Of a DNA stretch of 64,000 nucleotides, positions 10,726 through 20,480 are shown one piece after another. Position 1 is the first letter of the stretch; each line of letters begins with the position of its first letter. The notes under the pieces are model-generated. The model did no database searches and was not told the DNA's origin. It saw nothing but the letters and a program-made list of their open reading frames with translations. Both the position numbers and the translations under genes were made by a program. This stretch comes from Pelagibacteraceae bacterium AG-349-E10 (GTDB lineage: Bacteria; Pseudomonadota; Alphaproteobacteria; HIMB59), in NCBI GenBank assembly GCA_003281065.1, contig QCDA01000003.1, positions 19,772-83,771 on the forward strand. The letters run 5' to 3'.

Positions 10726-11952
10726 ATGGATTATAAAAACATAGAAAAAAAAAGTTACAAATCCTCTTTTGAGGTATCTTTAGATCAAAGCGCTATTGCT
10801 AAAATTATTGACGAAAAAATATCAGAAAAGCAACACACTTTTGAAATTGCAGGTTTTAGAAAGGGCAAAGTACCGGTAAGCATCATAAAGTCTAAAATTG
10901 GTCTTCAAATTGAAAACGAGGTATTAAATGAAGAGGTATCAAAAAATATAAATAAAATCAGTGAGGATGAAAAAATACAATCTCTAATACAACCTGAAGT
11001 TAATTTTAAAGATAATTATAATTTTACATTGGCTTTTTATTTAAAACCCGAAATAAAAATGGATGAGTTAAAAACAAGTGAAATAGAGAAAGTTACATCA
11101 GAGGTAACAAAAAAAGATATTGATGATTTTAGAGAAAAAGTAAGAAAAGAATACTATTCATTAGAGAGTATAGATATATCAGATGAAAATTCTGTTATAG
11201 ATTTTGAAATATTAAATTATGAAGATGAACAAAAAAAATTATTTTCTCAAAAAGAGGTAAGAGTAGACTTAAATACCCAAACTAAAGAAGAAGTATTTTT
11301 AGACTTAAAAAAAGCTCTTTTAAAAATTAAAAATAAATCTGATATTAATTTTTCTACAAAAGGAATAAAGATAAACGCTCAAATCAAAGATATAAATAAA
11401 AAGATCTATCCTAAGAATGATGACGAGTTGATTAAGATTTTAAAATTAAAATCTACTAAAGAATTAAATGACAAAATTGATAATAAACTCAATGAGGATA
11501 TGAATTATCTTCAAAAAGAGTTCTTTATTGAAGATTTACTTAAAGTCCTATCACAAAAGAAAAAGATTGATATCAATGAAGAGGTTGTGAATCTTGAGCT
11601 TAAAAGAAAATATCAAATTGATTTATCTAAAATGAAAGATGAGCACAAAGAAAGAATTGATAGTTTAAAAAAACTCACAAGTGAAAATATTCAAAAAGAT
11701 GTATTATTTTCTGAATTAGTAAAATTTTTAAAAGTAAAAGTTGAGCAGAAAGAACTACAAGAGTATATTCAAAAATATTATGGTGAAAAAATTGACCAAA
11801 GAACAGCAGAAACTGCTTACGGTACACTTCTCAGAAATAAAATAGCAGATGAGTCTATGAAAACTTTCAAAATCAAAGAAACTAAGTTAAGCTTAGAAAA
11901 GCTAATGAAAAAAGGATCTCAAAATAATGAATCTAGTACCCATAGTCATTGA
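10726..11952 (+). CDS. tig: Trigger factor (divergent)
   Basis: GFRKGKVP ribosome-binding signature; tRNA-Leu-tig-clpP-clpX synteny; start moved to ATG 10726 because the longer ORF runs through two tRNAs. Confidence 0.85.
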   Translation: MDYKNIEKKSYKSSFEVSLDQSAIAKIIDEKISEKQHTFEIAGFRKGKVPVSIIKSKIGLQIENEVLNEEVSKNINKISEDEKIQSLIQPEVNFKDNYNFTLAFYLKPEIKMDELKTSEIEKVTSEVTKKDIDDFREKVRKEYYSLESIDISDENSVIDFEILNYEDEQKKLFSQKEVRVDLNTQTKEEVFLDLKKALLKIKNKSDINFSTKGIKINAQIKDINKKIYPKNDDELIKILKLKSTKELNDKIDNKLNEDMNYLQKEFFIEDLLKVLSQKKKIDINEEVVNLELKRKYQIDLSKMKDEHKERIDSLKKLTSENIQKDVLFSELVKFLKVKVEQKELQEYIQKYYGEKIDQRTAETAYGTLLRNKIADESMKTFKIKETKLSLEKLMKKGSQNNESSTHSH

Positions 11953-12517
11953 ACAATCTGGTAAAGGGGAGAGATCTTTTGATATTTTCTCCAGACTGCT
12001 CAGGGAAAGAATTATTTTTTTGACAGGCGCCATCAACGATGAGACTGCTTCTTTAATATGCGCTCAACTTTTATTTTTGGAATCTGAAAATCCCGATGAA
12101 CCCATTAACCTTTATATTAATTCACCTGGAGGCTTAGTTACAGCAGGTTTGGCAATGTATGATACCATGCAATATATCAAATGCCCCGTTCATACAGTTT
12201 GTATAGGACAAGCTGCCTCTGCAGGTTCATTGATACTTGCTGCAGGGAAAGAGGGCAATAGATACGCTTTACCTCACTCTAAAATAATGATTCATCAACC
12301 TTCTGGTGGTTTTTCAGGACAAGCTAGTGATATAAAAATTCATGCCGAAGAAATATTAAAAACAAAAAAAAGACTTAATGAAATCTATCAAAAGCATACT
12401 AAAATTAGTATTAGCGAAATTGAAAAGGCAATGGAAAGAGATAGATTCTTTGACCCTGAAGAGGCGAAAAAATTTGGTTTGATTGATAAAGTTATAACGA
12501 CTAGAATTGAAAAATAA
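11927..12517 (+). CDS. clpP: ATP-dependent Clp protease proteolytic subunit
   Basis: YINSPGG, GQAASAG, IMIHQP, ERD catalytic triad motifs. Confidence 0.97.
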   Translation: MNLVPIVIEQSGKGERSFDIFSRLLRERIIFLTGAINDETASLICAQLLFLESENPDEPINLYINSPGGLVTAGLAMYDTMQYIKCPVHTVCIGQAASAGSLILAAGKEGNRYALPHSKIMIHQPSGGFSGQASDIKIHAEEILKTKKRLNEIYQKHTKISISEIEKAMERDRFFDPEEAKKFGLIDKVITTRIEK

Positions 12518-12519
12518 CT

Positions 12520-13773
12520 ATGTCTGATGAAAAAATAATCTCTGCTAATAGCTCTGATAAAAAAATATCATGCTCTTTTTGTGGTAAAAGCCAAGAAGAG
12601 GTTAAAAAATTAATTGCTGGACCAAATGTTTATATTTGTAATGAGTGTGTAGTTTTATGTAAGGATATACTTGTTGAGGATGATAAAATTGACACAAAGA
12701 AAAAATTTGAGATACCAAAGCCAAGTGAGATCTATAATTATCTTGATGATCATATTATTGGTCAAGATCATGCAAAAAAAATATTATCTGTATCTGTTTA
12801 CAATCATTACAAGAGAGTTCAAAACCCCTCAAAAGATATAGAAATTTCGAAATCAAACATATTGTTAATTGGACCAACAGGTTGTGGTAAAACACTTTTA
12901 GCACAAACTCTAGCAAAATTTCTAAATGTCCCATTTACAATTGCTGATGCTACTACATTGACAGAGGCCGGATATGTTGGTGAAGATGTAGAAAATATTA
13001 TTTTAAGATTACTTCAGCAATGTGATTATGATGTTGCTTTGGCTCAAAAGGGTATCGTATATATTGATGAAATAGATAAAGTGGGAAGAAAAAGTGAAAA
13101 CCCTTCAATAACAAGAGATGTATCAGGTGAGGGAGTCCAACAAGCTTTACTTAAAATAATTGAGGGAACAACTGCAAGTGTGCCTCCTCAAGGTGGAAGA
13201 AAACATCCCCAACAAGAGTTTCTTCAAGTTGATACAAAAAATATATTGTTTGTTTGTGGAGGTGCTTTTGAAGGCATTGATAAAATCATAAAAAATAGAG
13301 TTAATAAAAAATCAATAGGTTTTAATAAATCAATTAATCAGGATCAACCAATGACATCGCAACTTGAGAATGACGATTTGATTAAATTTGGATTAATACC
13401 TGAACTAGTAGGAAGGCTCCCTGTGAGTGCTGGTCTAAATGAATTATCCTTAGAGGATTTAAAAGAGATAATTACCCGGCCAAAAAATGCGATTTCAAAA
13501 CAATATAAAGCTCTTTTCTCTTTCGAAGGGGTAGAATTTGAGATAACCGAGGATGGCAGGGAACAAATAGCTCAATTAGCAGTTGAAAAAAAAATTGGTG
13601 CACGAGGCCTAAGATCAATTATGGAAAAGCTACTTCTAGATTGCATGTATGATATTCCCGATAAGGATTCTGTGGATAAGGTTGTTTTGAGTAAAGAGTC
13701 AGTAATCTCAAATAGACCCATTATCGTATATAAAGAAAAAGCAAAATTAAAAAAAAAAGTGGGTGAAAATTAA
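12520..13773 (+). CDS. clpX: ATP-dependent Clp protease ATPase subunit
   Basis: CSFC..C..C zinc finger, [25 protein letters not shown] loop. Confidence 0.98.
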   Translation: MSDEKIISANSSDKKISCSFCGKSQEEVKKLIAGPNVYICNECVVLCKDILVEDDKIDTKKKFEIPKPSEIYNYLDDHIIGQDHAKKILSVSVYNHYKRVQNPSKDIEISKSNILLIGPTGCGKTLLAQTLAKFLNVPFTIADATTLTEAGYVGEDVENIILRLLQQCDYDVALAQKGIVYIDEIDKVGRKSENPSITRDVSGEGVQQALLKIIEGTTASVPPQGGRKHPQQEFLQVDTKNILFVCGGAFEGIDKIIKNRVNKKSIGFNKSINQDQPMTSQLENDDLIKFGLIPELVGRLPVSAGLNELSLEDLKEIITRPKNAISKQYKALFSFEGVEFEITEDGREQIAQLAVEKKIGARGLRSIMEKLLLDCMYDIPDKDSVDKVVLSKESVISNRPIIVYKEKAKLKKKVGEN

Positions 13774-13796
13774 AAATTCCTCCCTATTTTAATAGT

Positions 13797-16214
13797 ATGG
13801 AAAATCAAATCATTGGACCTGTTTTACCTTTAAGGGACTTAGTTGTTTATCCCTCTATAACCTCACCTTTGTTTGTAGGCCGAGCTAAATCAATTGATGC
13901 AATTAATTTTGCTATGAATAACAACAATAAGATTATTTATTTATTTACGCAAAAAGAACCAACGACTGATGATCCTCAAGTTAACGATGTTTATTCTTAT
14001 GGTGTAAAATCAAAAATTATCCAGTTTCTTAAGTTGCCGGATAATACATATAAAGTTCTTACTGAAGGTTTAGAAATCGTAAAGATAAAGTCCGCTGTAA
14101 AAGCAAGTAATAACTTCCTTACAGCTAAAATTGAACCAGTAGCAATTAACAAAAAAAATTCAGTTGAATTAAAAGCCTCTTTGAGAGTCCTAAAAAATGA
14201 ATTTCAAAATTATATCCAAAATATAGGGAATAATAATGATATCCTTGAAGGTCTTTTAAATATTGAAGATCCATATCAGTTCATTGATAACATCTATTAC
14301 AACTTAAATGTTGGTATTGAAGATAAACAAAAAAATTTAGAAATTACTGACATCAATAAAAAAATTCAAAATCTACTCAATTTCTTTTCAAAAGAACTTA
14401 ACTTTTCTGCTCTTGAGAAAAAAATAAAAAATAGAGTAAAAAGACAAATGGAAAAAACTCAAAGAGAGTACTACTTAAATGAACAAATGAAAGCCATACA
14501 GAAAGAACTTGGTGATGGTGAAGACGGATCTAACGAATATTCTGAAATAGAGAAAAAAATTAATGAAGTAAAATTATCTAAAGAAGCTAGAGAAAAAGCT
14601 TTAAATGAATTTAAAAAATTAAAATCTATGAGCCCAATGTCTGCAGAAGCATCTGTTATTCGTAATTACCTCGAATGGATATTAGATATACCTTGGGAAA
14701 AATTCTCAAAAGAAGTCATAGACATAAAAGGTTCTGAAAAAATATTAAATGATGATCACTACGGTCTCGAAAAAGTTAAAGAGAGAATACTTGAATTCTT
14801 AGCAGTAAAAAAAAGATCAAAAAAAGCATCTGGCACTATTCTTTGTTTTGTAGGACCTCCAGGTGTAGGTAAAACTTCATTAGGTAAATCTATTGCGAGA
14901 GCCACTGGTAGAGAATTTGCTAAAATTTCTCTTGGTGGAATTAGAGATGAGGCCGAAATTAGAGGCCACAGAAGAACTTATATCGGCTCAATGCCTGGCC
15001 GTTTTATTCAAGCTATGAAGAAAACAAAAACATCTAATCCCATTATTTTATTAGATGAAATAGACAAGGTTGGTAGTGACTGGAGAGGGGATCCATCTTC
15101 TGCATTGCTAGAAGTTTTAGATCCTGAGCAAAATAATCAGTTTAATGATCATTATCTTGAAGTTGACTATGATCTATCTAACGTAATGTTCATTTGCACC
15201 GGTAATACTTACAATATACCCGGACCTCTTCTTGACAGGTTAGAGGTAATTGAAGTATCTGGCTATACAGAAAAAGAGAAAGTTGAAATTGCAAAAAAAT
15301 ATTTAATTCCAAGAAAAATGAATAAAAATATATTAAAAAATAGTGAATTTAAACTTGATAAATCATCTATTACAAAAATAGTAAGACACTACACTAGGGA
15401 GTCAGGTGTCAGAGGCCTCGAAAAAGTTTTTGATAAGCTATTTAGAAAGCTTGTTTTCCAATTAGAAAAAAATAAATCTAGATCTAAAAAGCCATTTGTC
15501 TTTGATGATAAAGCTATAAAAAACTTTTTAGGCCCAGATAAGTTCAAGGATAGCGTTATAGAAAAGAAAAATTTAGTTGGTATTACCAACGGACTTGCAT
15601 GGACTCAGGTTGGCGGAGATATCTTAAATATTGAGGTTAATTTATCTTCAGGTAAGGGAATGATTAATGCAACAGGTAAACTTGGTGATGTAATGAAAGA
15701 GTCTATTACTGCTGCTTTAGGTTACATTAAATCTAATTCCGTTGAGTTTGGAGTAAATCCGAAAGTATTTGATAAAATAGATATTCATTTACATGTGCCC
15801 GAAGGAGCTATACCTAAAGATGGTCCAAGTGCTGGTATTACAATATTTACCTCATTAATTTCATCTCTTACTGATATTAAAATTAAAAGAGACATTGCAA
15901 TGACTGGGGAAATCACATTAAAAGGAAGAGTACTTCCAATTGGTGGATTAAAAGAGAAATTATTGGCTGCGATAAGGTACGGTATTAAAACTGTTATAAT
16001 CCCTAAAGAAAATGAAAAGGACTTAGTTGAGATACAAAAAGATATTCAAAACAAATTGATAATTAAGAAAGTCGAGTTTGCAAAAGAGGTATTGGACTTA
16101 GCTCTCGATGGAAAAATTAGTAAAATCAACAAAAAATTGGATTGGAGACACTTAGTTACAGAGTCTATGAAGTCAAAAAACCAGCAAAATCAAGAAAAAA
16201 CATTCGTTAACTAG
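13797..16214 (+). CDS. lon: Lon protease
   Basis: PLRD N-domain, GPPGVGKT, DGPSAG catalytic Ser, GGLKEK. Confidence 0.98.
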   Translation: MENQIIGPVLPLRDLVVYPSITSPLFVGRAKSIDAINFAMNNNNKIIYLFTQKEPTTDDPQVNDVYSYGVKSKIIQFLKLPDNTYKVLTEGLEIVKIKSAVKASNNFLTAKIEPVAINKKNSVELKASLRVLKNEFQNYIQNIGNNNDILEGLLNIEDPYQFIDNIYYNLNVGIEDKQKNLEITDINKKIQNLLNFFSKELNFSALEKKIKNRVKRQMEKTQREYYLNEQMKAIQKELGDGEDGSNEYSEIEKKINEVKLSKEAREKALNEFKKLKSMSPMSAEASVIRNYLEWILDIPWEKFSKEVIDIKGSEKILNDDHYGLEKVKERILEFLAVKKRSKKASGTILCFVGPPGVGKTSLGKSIARATGREFAKISLGGIRDEAEIRGHRRTYIGSMPGRFIQAMKKTKTSNPIILLDEIDKVGSDWRGDPSSALLEVLDPEQNNQFNDHYLEVDYDLSNVMFICTGNTYNIPGPLLDRLEVIEVSGYTEKEKVEIAKKYLIPRKMNKNILKNSEFKLDKSSITKIVRHYTRESGVRGLEKVFDKLFRKLVFQLEKNKSRSKKPFVFDDKAIKNFLGPDKFKDSVIEKKNLVGITNGLAWTQVGGDILNIEVNLSSGKGMINATGKLGDVMKESITAALGYIKSNSVEFGVNPKVFDKIDIHLHVPEGAIPKDGPSAGITIFTSLISSLTDIKIKRDIAMTGEITLKGRVLPIGGLKEKLLAAIRYGIKTVIIPKENEKDLVEIQKDIQNKLIIKKVEFAKEVLDLALDGKISKINKKLDWRHLVTESMKSKNQQNQEKTFVN

Positions 16215-16224
16215 TATATTGTTG

Positions 16225-16254
16225 TTGATTTTCTTACCTTTTTCTTACTACAAT
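16225..16254 (+). promoter_or_regulatory. Putative sigma70 promoter for hupB
   Basis: TTGATT-N18-TACAAT upstream of AAGGAGG SD (16272-16278); weak evidence in AT-rich DNA. Confidence 0.35.
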
Positions 16255-16284
16255 TAACTAATAGAATCACTAAGGAGGTTCGGT

Positions 16285-16566
16285 ATGAACAAAAATGAAC
16301 TCATTGCTGAATATAGTACGAAAAATGGTGTTGGAAAATCAGATGCAACTAAGGCTGTAGAAAGTTTATTTGATATTATCACATCTACTTTGAAAGCAGG
16401 AGGGGATGTTAAGATTGCCGGTTTTGGTACTTTTAAGGTAGCTAATACAAAAGCTAAGACTGGAAGAAACCCAAGAACGGGAGAGTCAATCCAAATTCCT
16501 GCATCAAAAAAGCCAAAATTTCTTGCTGGAAAACAGCTAAAAGAACTAATAAAGTCCACAGTCTAA
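16285..16566 (+). CDS. hupB: DNA-binding protein HU
   Basis: MNK.ELI, GFGTF, GRNPRTGE; follows lon; strong SD. Confidence 0.93.
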   Translation: MNKNELIAEYSTKNGVGKSDATKAVESLFDIITSTLKAGGDVKIAGFGTFKVANTKAKTGRNPRTGESIQIPASKKPKFLAGKQLKELIKSTV

Positions 16567-16584
16567 TTTTTTGCAAATTAGATA

Positions 16585-16660
16585 GGGCGATTAGCTCAGT
16601 TGGTAGAGCATCTCGTTTACACCGAGAGGGTCGGCGGTTCGAGTCCGTCATCGCCCACCA
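16585..16660 (+). tRNA. tRNA-Val(TAC)
   Basis: GGGCGAT/ATCGCCC acceptor stem, TCTCG-TTTACAC-CGAGA anticodon arm, CCA end. Confidence 0.96.
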
Positions 16661-16673
16661 TTCGACAATTGTC

Positions 16674-16751
16674 GGGGGTGTAGTTCAGTTTGGTTAGAAC
16701 GCCTGCCTGTCACGCAGGAGGTCGCGGGTTCGAGTCCCGTCGCTCCCGCCA
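16674..16751 (+). tRNA. tRNA-Asp(GTC); integration target
   Basis: GGGGGTG/CGCTCCC acceptor stem, CCTGC-CTGTCAC-GCAGG anticodon arm, CCA end. Confidence 0.96.
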
Positions 16752-16950
16752 CAATAAGATAATCTTGGGTTATATATTTCCTAACTTTTTCAATACTTAT
16801 CTGTTCAACAAAAATTAATTGAATCAATAAACCATGTCGTCTAATTCCATAAAATTTCTTTCTAGTGGTGAACATATGGTGAGCAAAACCCCCCATGTAC
16901 TTTTAGACAATAACAATGGTAGTGATTTCAATGCAGAACAGATTTCCTTA
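16707..16950 (+). repeat. Left copy of 244-bp imperfect direct repeat (attL core plus element arm)
   Basis: Aligns without gaps to 22514-22757 at a constant offset of 5807. Confidence 0.93.
16867..16886 (+). promoter_or_regulatory. Putative integrase arm-type sites (tandem pair)
   Basis: GGTGAACATATGGTGAGCAA matches GGTGAACACTTGGTGAGCAA at 22434-22453 on the other arm. Confidence 0.65.
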
Positions 16951-16986
16951 TGGAATTTGATCCCTAAATCAAAGGATATTTTTCCA
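16951..16986. promoter_or_regulatory. 36-bp dyad operator-like site upstream of the integrase
   Basis: TGGAA-N4-ATCCC-N8-AGGAT-N4-TTCCA; second copy at 19339-19374. Confidence 0.65.
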
Positions 16987-17037
16987 ATTCATAAGATGTT
17001 GAATCCAATTAGTAACCATACGAAAGGATACAACACA

Positions 17038-18297
17038 ATGACTAAGATAAGATTTAATAAAACTAATATTGAAAGCCTTAAACCTAAGGAAAAAAGATAC
17101 AGAGTTTATTCTGATGAAGTTAAAGGTTTATATGTGGAAGTATTAACCTCTGGTCGTAAAGCGTTCAGAGTTTTGTACAAGGTCAACTATATAAGCTATA
17201 CCCACCAATTAGGGGTGTACCCCGTTATGACTCCGACCTATGCAGTCAAACGAGCTATGGAAGTTTTAACTTCTGTTTCTAAAGGAAACAATCCACAGTT
17301 AGACAAAATTAAGAAAAGAGAAGAACTTACTTTCAAAGAATATTTTATTGAAAGGTTTTTACCTCTTCAGTTAGATAGGCGTTTCAGTAAAGAAGAGTTT
17401 ACTATTAATGATGAAGGTAGGATTAAATGGCGTAAAGGCGTTCAGAAAAAGATCTATAATCTTACTGACGGATACAATGCTCACTTCAGGTTCGCTAAGT
17501 TTATCAATAAAAAAGTATCTGATATTACTGAAGAAGATGTAATTATTTTCTCTAAACAGATTACTAAAAGCCATATCCACAATAGATTAATGAAAGAACT
17601 TAGTAGGTTTTTCAATACTACTTCATTGAATATTAATCCTGTCAGAAGAGCGTTAGCTACTGATATTCAGTTAAGACCAACCAAAGCAAGAACAGTTAAA
17701 GCTAAACCTGAAGAAGTTAAGGCTATTGGTAAGGCATTAGAACTAATCAAAAGTGGCTATATGCAAGACAATGGCTTCTATTACCAACCACAACCACAAC
17801 AAGTAAACATTATAAAAATTCTTTTATTTGAAGGGTTAAGACCTAATGAAGTTTACAAAATGGAGTGGTCAATGGTCAATGAGTCGGGGGTATATGACAC
17901 CGATACTAAAACGGGTGAGAAAACTATTCCATTAACTAAACAATCTTTGAATATTCTTTCTACTATTGAAAAGAAATCAAAGTTTGTCTTTCCGTCGCCC
18001 ACGAACAACGATCAACACATCAAGAGCATTAGAAAGATATGGACTAAGGTCTTAGAACTATCTGGAGTTAATCCTGAACTAAGAATTTATGATTTAAGAA
18101 ATACTTTCAGTTCAAAAGCCTCAATGATGTTTGGAACTTGGGTATCATCTAAGTTAACTAATCACACAAACTCTAGAACAGTTGAGAAGCATTATTCTGA
18201 TTTAGATAGTGGGGAAAGAGTATCTAGAAAGAATGAAGTAGCAGAAACATTTGAAAACCTTTTGCAAGGTGGGGGGAAGGTTGTCCAGATCAAATAA
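17038..18297 (+). CDS. Tyrosine integrase with N-terminal arm-binding domain (P4-like architecture)
   Basis: GLYVEV..SG.K.F...Y arm domain; catalytic R (GLRPNE), K (TKTG), YDLR (HxxR variant), LTNH and Y (KHYS); start set at ATG 17038 after an AAAGGA SD. Confidence 0.92.
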   Translation: MTKIRFNKTNIESLKPKEKRYRVYSDEVKGLYVEVLTSGRKAFRVLYKVNYISYTHQLGVYPVMTPTYAVKRAMEVLTSVSKGNNPQLDKIKKREELTFKEYFIERFLPLQLDRRFSKEEFTINDEGRIKWRKGVQKKIYNLTDGYNAHFRFAKFINKKVSDITEEDVIIFSKQITKSHIHNRLMKELSRFFNTTSLNINPVRRALATDIQLRPTKARTVKAKPEEVKAIGKALELIKSGYMQDNGFYYQPQPQQVNIIKILLFEGLRPNEVYKMEWSMVNESGVYDTDTKTGEKTIPLTKQSLNILSTIEKKSKFVFPSPTNNDQHIKSIRKIWTKVLELSGVNPELRIYDLRNTFSSKASMMFGTWVSSKLTNHTNSRTVEKHYSDLDSGERVSRKNEVAETFENLLQGGGKVVQIK

Positions 18298-19348
18298 GTA
18301 TTTACATAAATTATTTGAGGAACATTGGAATAAAAACCAAATAAATCCCAAGGATTTTAAGCCTAGGAAAGACGGAAGCGTTAAACCTACGACTTACATC
18401 ATGAATGGTCAGTTGACTATTAACTATGGTCAAATGAGAAACTCCCACAAAGAAGTTACGATAAGACAAATCAAAAAATACAACATCAAATCAGCTTCAG
18501 AACTAATTGCTAAAGCTAGTGAAGGTATTCCTGAACATGTTCCAAAGGTTGGTATGAACCTAACAAAGAAACAAGAAAAGGAATATTTTAGATTGCAAGG
18601 TGTTGACGAAGCAGAAAACGAATTAGGTATTGCTAATACTTTGCAAGAGAGTGAGTGGAAACTCTATAAGTCTTTGCTTCCATTATATACCAAGGGTATG
18701 AACTATGTCGTTTACCAAATTAGGGTGTATGGGGTAAATAAAAAAAACCAATCTAAGTTTGATAAACTCTATAAAGATGTTGTGTCTTTCTTTCTATTGA
18801 TTGAAGGTCATCACAGAAGATACTTCAAAGAAGATCTTGATAAACTATCCAATGAATACCTAAGAGCTAAAACACATTTAGCAAAAGCAATAGAAGTTAT
18901 AGAAGATGATAAGTCTAAGAGTGCTGTTTATAGCATGAAATACGGAGTGGGTAGAGGTCGTATCTTTTCTATTAGAGTTATCGCTGAATTGTACAGACAG
19001 ATAGCGGTTATGGAAAAGTTAGTTAAACTGAATGATGAAGAGAAAACAATTAAATCCAGAGTTCCTAATGAAACAGAGGATCTACAATATTTTTATTATC
19101 TTTGTTGGGAAATGTATAAGTTGGTTGATGACAGTAAGTTCAAAACACCTAAATACAATAACCAAAAACTATTTGCACAGTTCGTGTATCATATTCAAAG
19201 CAGATTTACTTCTGTTGGTACGCTAAATAAAACATCAGAGTCTATTAGAAAGAAGCCAAAGTTTAAGAAGATGAAATTTCTAAACTTACAATCAATTAAA
19301 ACAGAAGTTACCTACAATAAAATATTCAAACAATTGTTTGGAAACTAA
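18281..19348 (+). CDS. Hypothetical protein (~355 aa) overlapping the integrase end
   Basis: Long ORF; probable TTG start at 18281 after a G-rich SD (track start 18251); no recognisable motif. Confidence 0.75.
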   Translation: MSRSNKYLHKLFEEHWNKNQINPKDFKPRKDGSVKPTTYIMNGQLTINYGQMRNSHKEVTIRQIKKYNIKSASELIAKASEGIPEHVPKVGMNLTKKQEKEYFRLQGVDEAENELGIANTLQESEWKLYKSLLPLYTKGMNYVVYQIRVYGVNKKNQSKFDKLYKDVVSFFLLIEGHHRRYFKEDLDKLSNEYLRAKTHLAKAIEVIEDDKSKSAVYSMKYGVGRGRIFSIRVIAELYRQIAVMEKLVKLNDEEKTIKSRVPNETEDLQYFYYLCWEMYKLVDDSKFKTPKYNNQKLFAQFVYHIQSRFTSVGTLNKTSESIRKKPKFKKMKFLNLQSIKTEVTYNKIFKQLFGN

Positions 19349-19374
19349 TCCTGAACTCATAGGATATTTTTCCA
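19339..19374. promoter_or_regulatory. Second 36-bp dyad operator-like site, upstream of HTH-primase-helicase genes
   Basis: TGGAA-N4-ATCCT-N8-AGGAT-N4-TTCCA. Confidence 0.65.
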
Positions 19375-19399
19375 TTTCTAGTTATTCCATATTATCTGT

Positions 19400-19633
19400 A
19401 TGGAAACACAAACCACACAAAGCGAAACATCAGAGTTACTAACTACTGATCAAGTAGCAAATCTCTATAAACAATTTTCAGCTAATGCTCTACGCATACA
19501 GCGTTATAGAGGTGAGTCGCCTTTTCCCTACATCAAGCTAGGAAAGAAGGTTTTTTACAACAAAGCAGACATAGAAAGAGTATTGAACAATCACACAGTT
19601 GACGAGTATGAAACCTATACTGATCAACGCTGA
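19400..19633 (+). CDS. Small HTH protein, AlpA/excisionase-like
   Basis: LLTTDQVA...L...R..G..P.PYIKLGKKVFY...DI pattern typical of HTH_17/excisionase proteins. Confidence 0.8.
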   Translation: METQTTQSETSELLTTDQVANLYKQFSANALRIQRYRGESPFPYIKLGKKVFYNKADIERVLNNHTVDEYETYTDQR

Positions 19634-20480
19634 ACGCTTCGTTTCAATGTATTTTCCTGACCATAAGATCAAGGAAAACGCCAAAGAAATCAGAATAGGG
19701 AACAAAGGTTCTAAGGTTGTTATGAAAGACGGATCGGGGTTCTTTGACCACGAAGAAGGAAACTTTACTTCCATGTTCAATGAAATCATGAGAAGAGAAA
19801 ACTTTTCTTATCCTGACGCATGTAAGTATTGCAAAGATAACAACTTATTTATTTCTGATCATGCTTTTAGATATCATAAAAAACCAATAGAAACTTTTAA
19901 GAGAGAAATCTTTGAAAAGAGTTTAATTCCTTTTGGGTTTACTAATGGTCATGAGTATCTGAAGAGAAGAGGTATTATTGATAGTGCCTACCCAGAGAAT
20001 ACATTGTATTGGAACGACGCAGAAAATTATCTTTGCCATAAGATTGTAGATATAAACCTACATACTATTGGTTATCAAAGGATATGGGTTAGTTCTGATT
20101 TCAAGAAGCTACCACCACCAAAGATCTATGGAACTTCTAAAGGTGGTAAGACTGTTATCAATATTCACGATTACGAAACAATTATTCTAGTTGAAGGACT
20201 AGAGGACGGACTGACACTTCACCAATCATACTTACTAAACAATGTTAAAAGAACTGTTTGGGTAATGACAGGAACATCTAATTTTCTAAATGTAGAAATA
20301 CCTGAAAGCACTAAGAGAGTTGTTATTGCTTTAGATAATGATGAAGCTGGTGAGAAGATGTTTGAAAAATGTAAAGAGCGTTTCAGTAATCTCAACAAAG
20401 CAGTATCCAGACTTCGACCAAAGCCTGAATACAAAGATTTTAATGATGAATTAAGAGGTATTAAATTTAATGCAAACTAA
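19608..20480 (+). CDS. TOPRIM-domain primase
   Basis: YL..RGI, LVEGLEDGLT, IALDND.AG and KDFND motifs. Confidence 0.85.
   Translation: MKPILINAERFVSMYFPDHKIKENAKEIRIGNKGSKVVMKDGSGFFDHEEGNFTSMFNEIMRRENFSYPDACKYCKDNNLFISDHAFRYHKKPIETFKREIFEKSLIPFGFTNGHEYLKRRGIIDSAYPENTLYWNDAENYLCHKIVDINLHTIGYQRIWVSSDFKKLPPPKIYGTSKGGKTVINIHDYETIILVEGLEDGLTLHQSYLLNNVKRTVWVMTGTSNFLNVEIPESTKRVVIALDNDEAGEKMFEKCKERFSNLNKAVSRLRPKPEYKDFNDELRGIKFNAN

Noticed and set aside
16674-16751. Two G-T pairs in the tRNA-Asp acceptor stem as evidence of a chimeric, element-supplied 3' half from another host
   Set aside because: tRNA-His here also has two G-T pairs in its acceptor stem; cannot be supported without the empty-site allele
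16254-16896. Minus-strand ORFs over hupB, tRNA-Val and tRNA-Asp (also 22443-22637 and 22491-22709)
   Set aside because: Shadow ORFs of HU, the tRNAs and the att repeat
16834-17037. 68-aa N-terminal extension of the integrase, mirrored by a 58-codon ORF at 22641-22817
   Set aside because: It overlaps arm sites and the operator, differences between the copies are mostly non-synonymous, and ATG 17038 has an SD and a typical integrase N-terminus. Not fully excluded.
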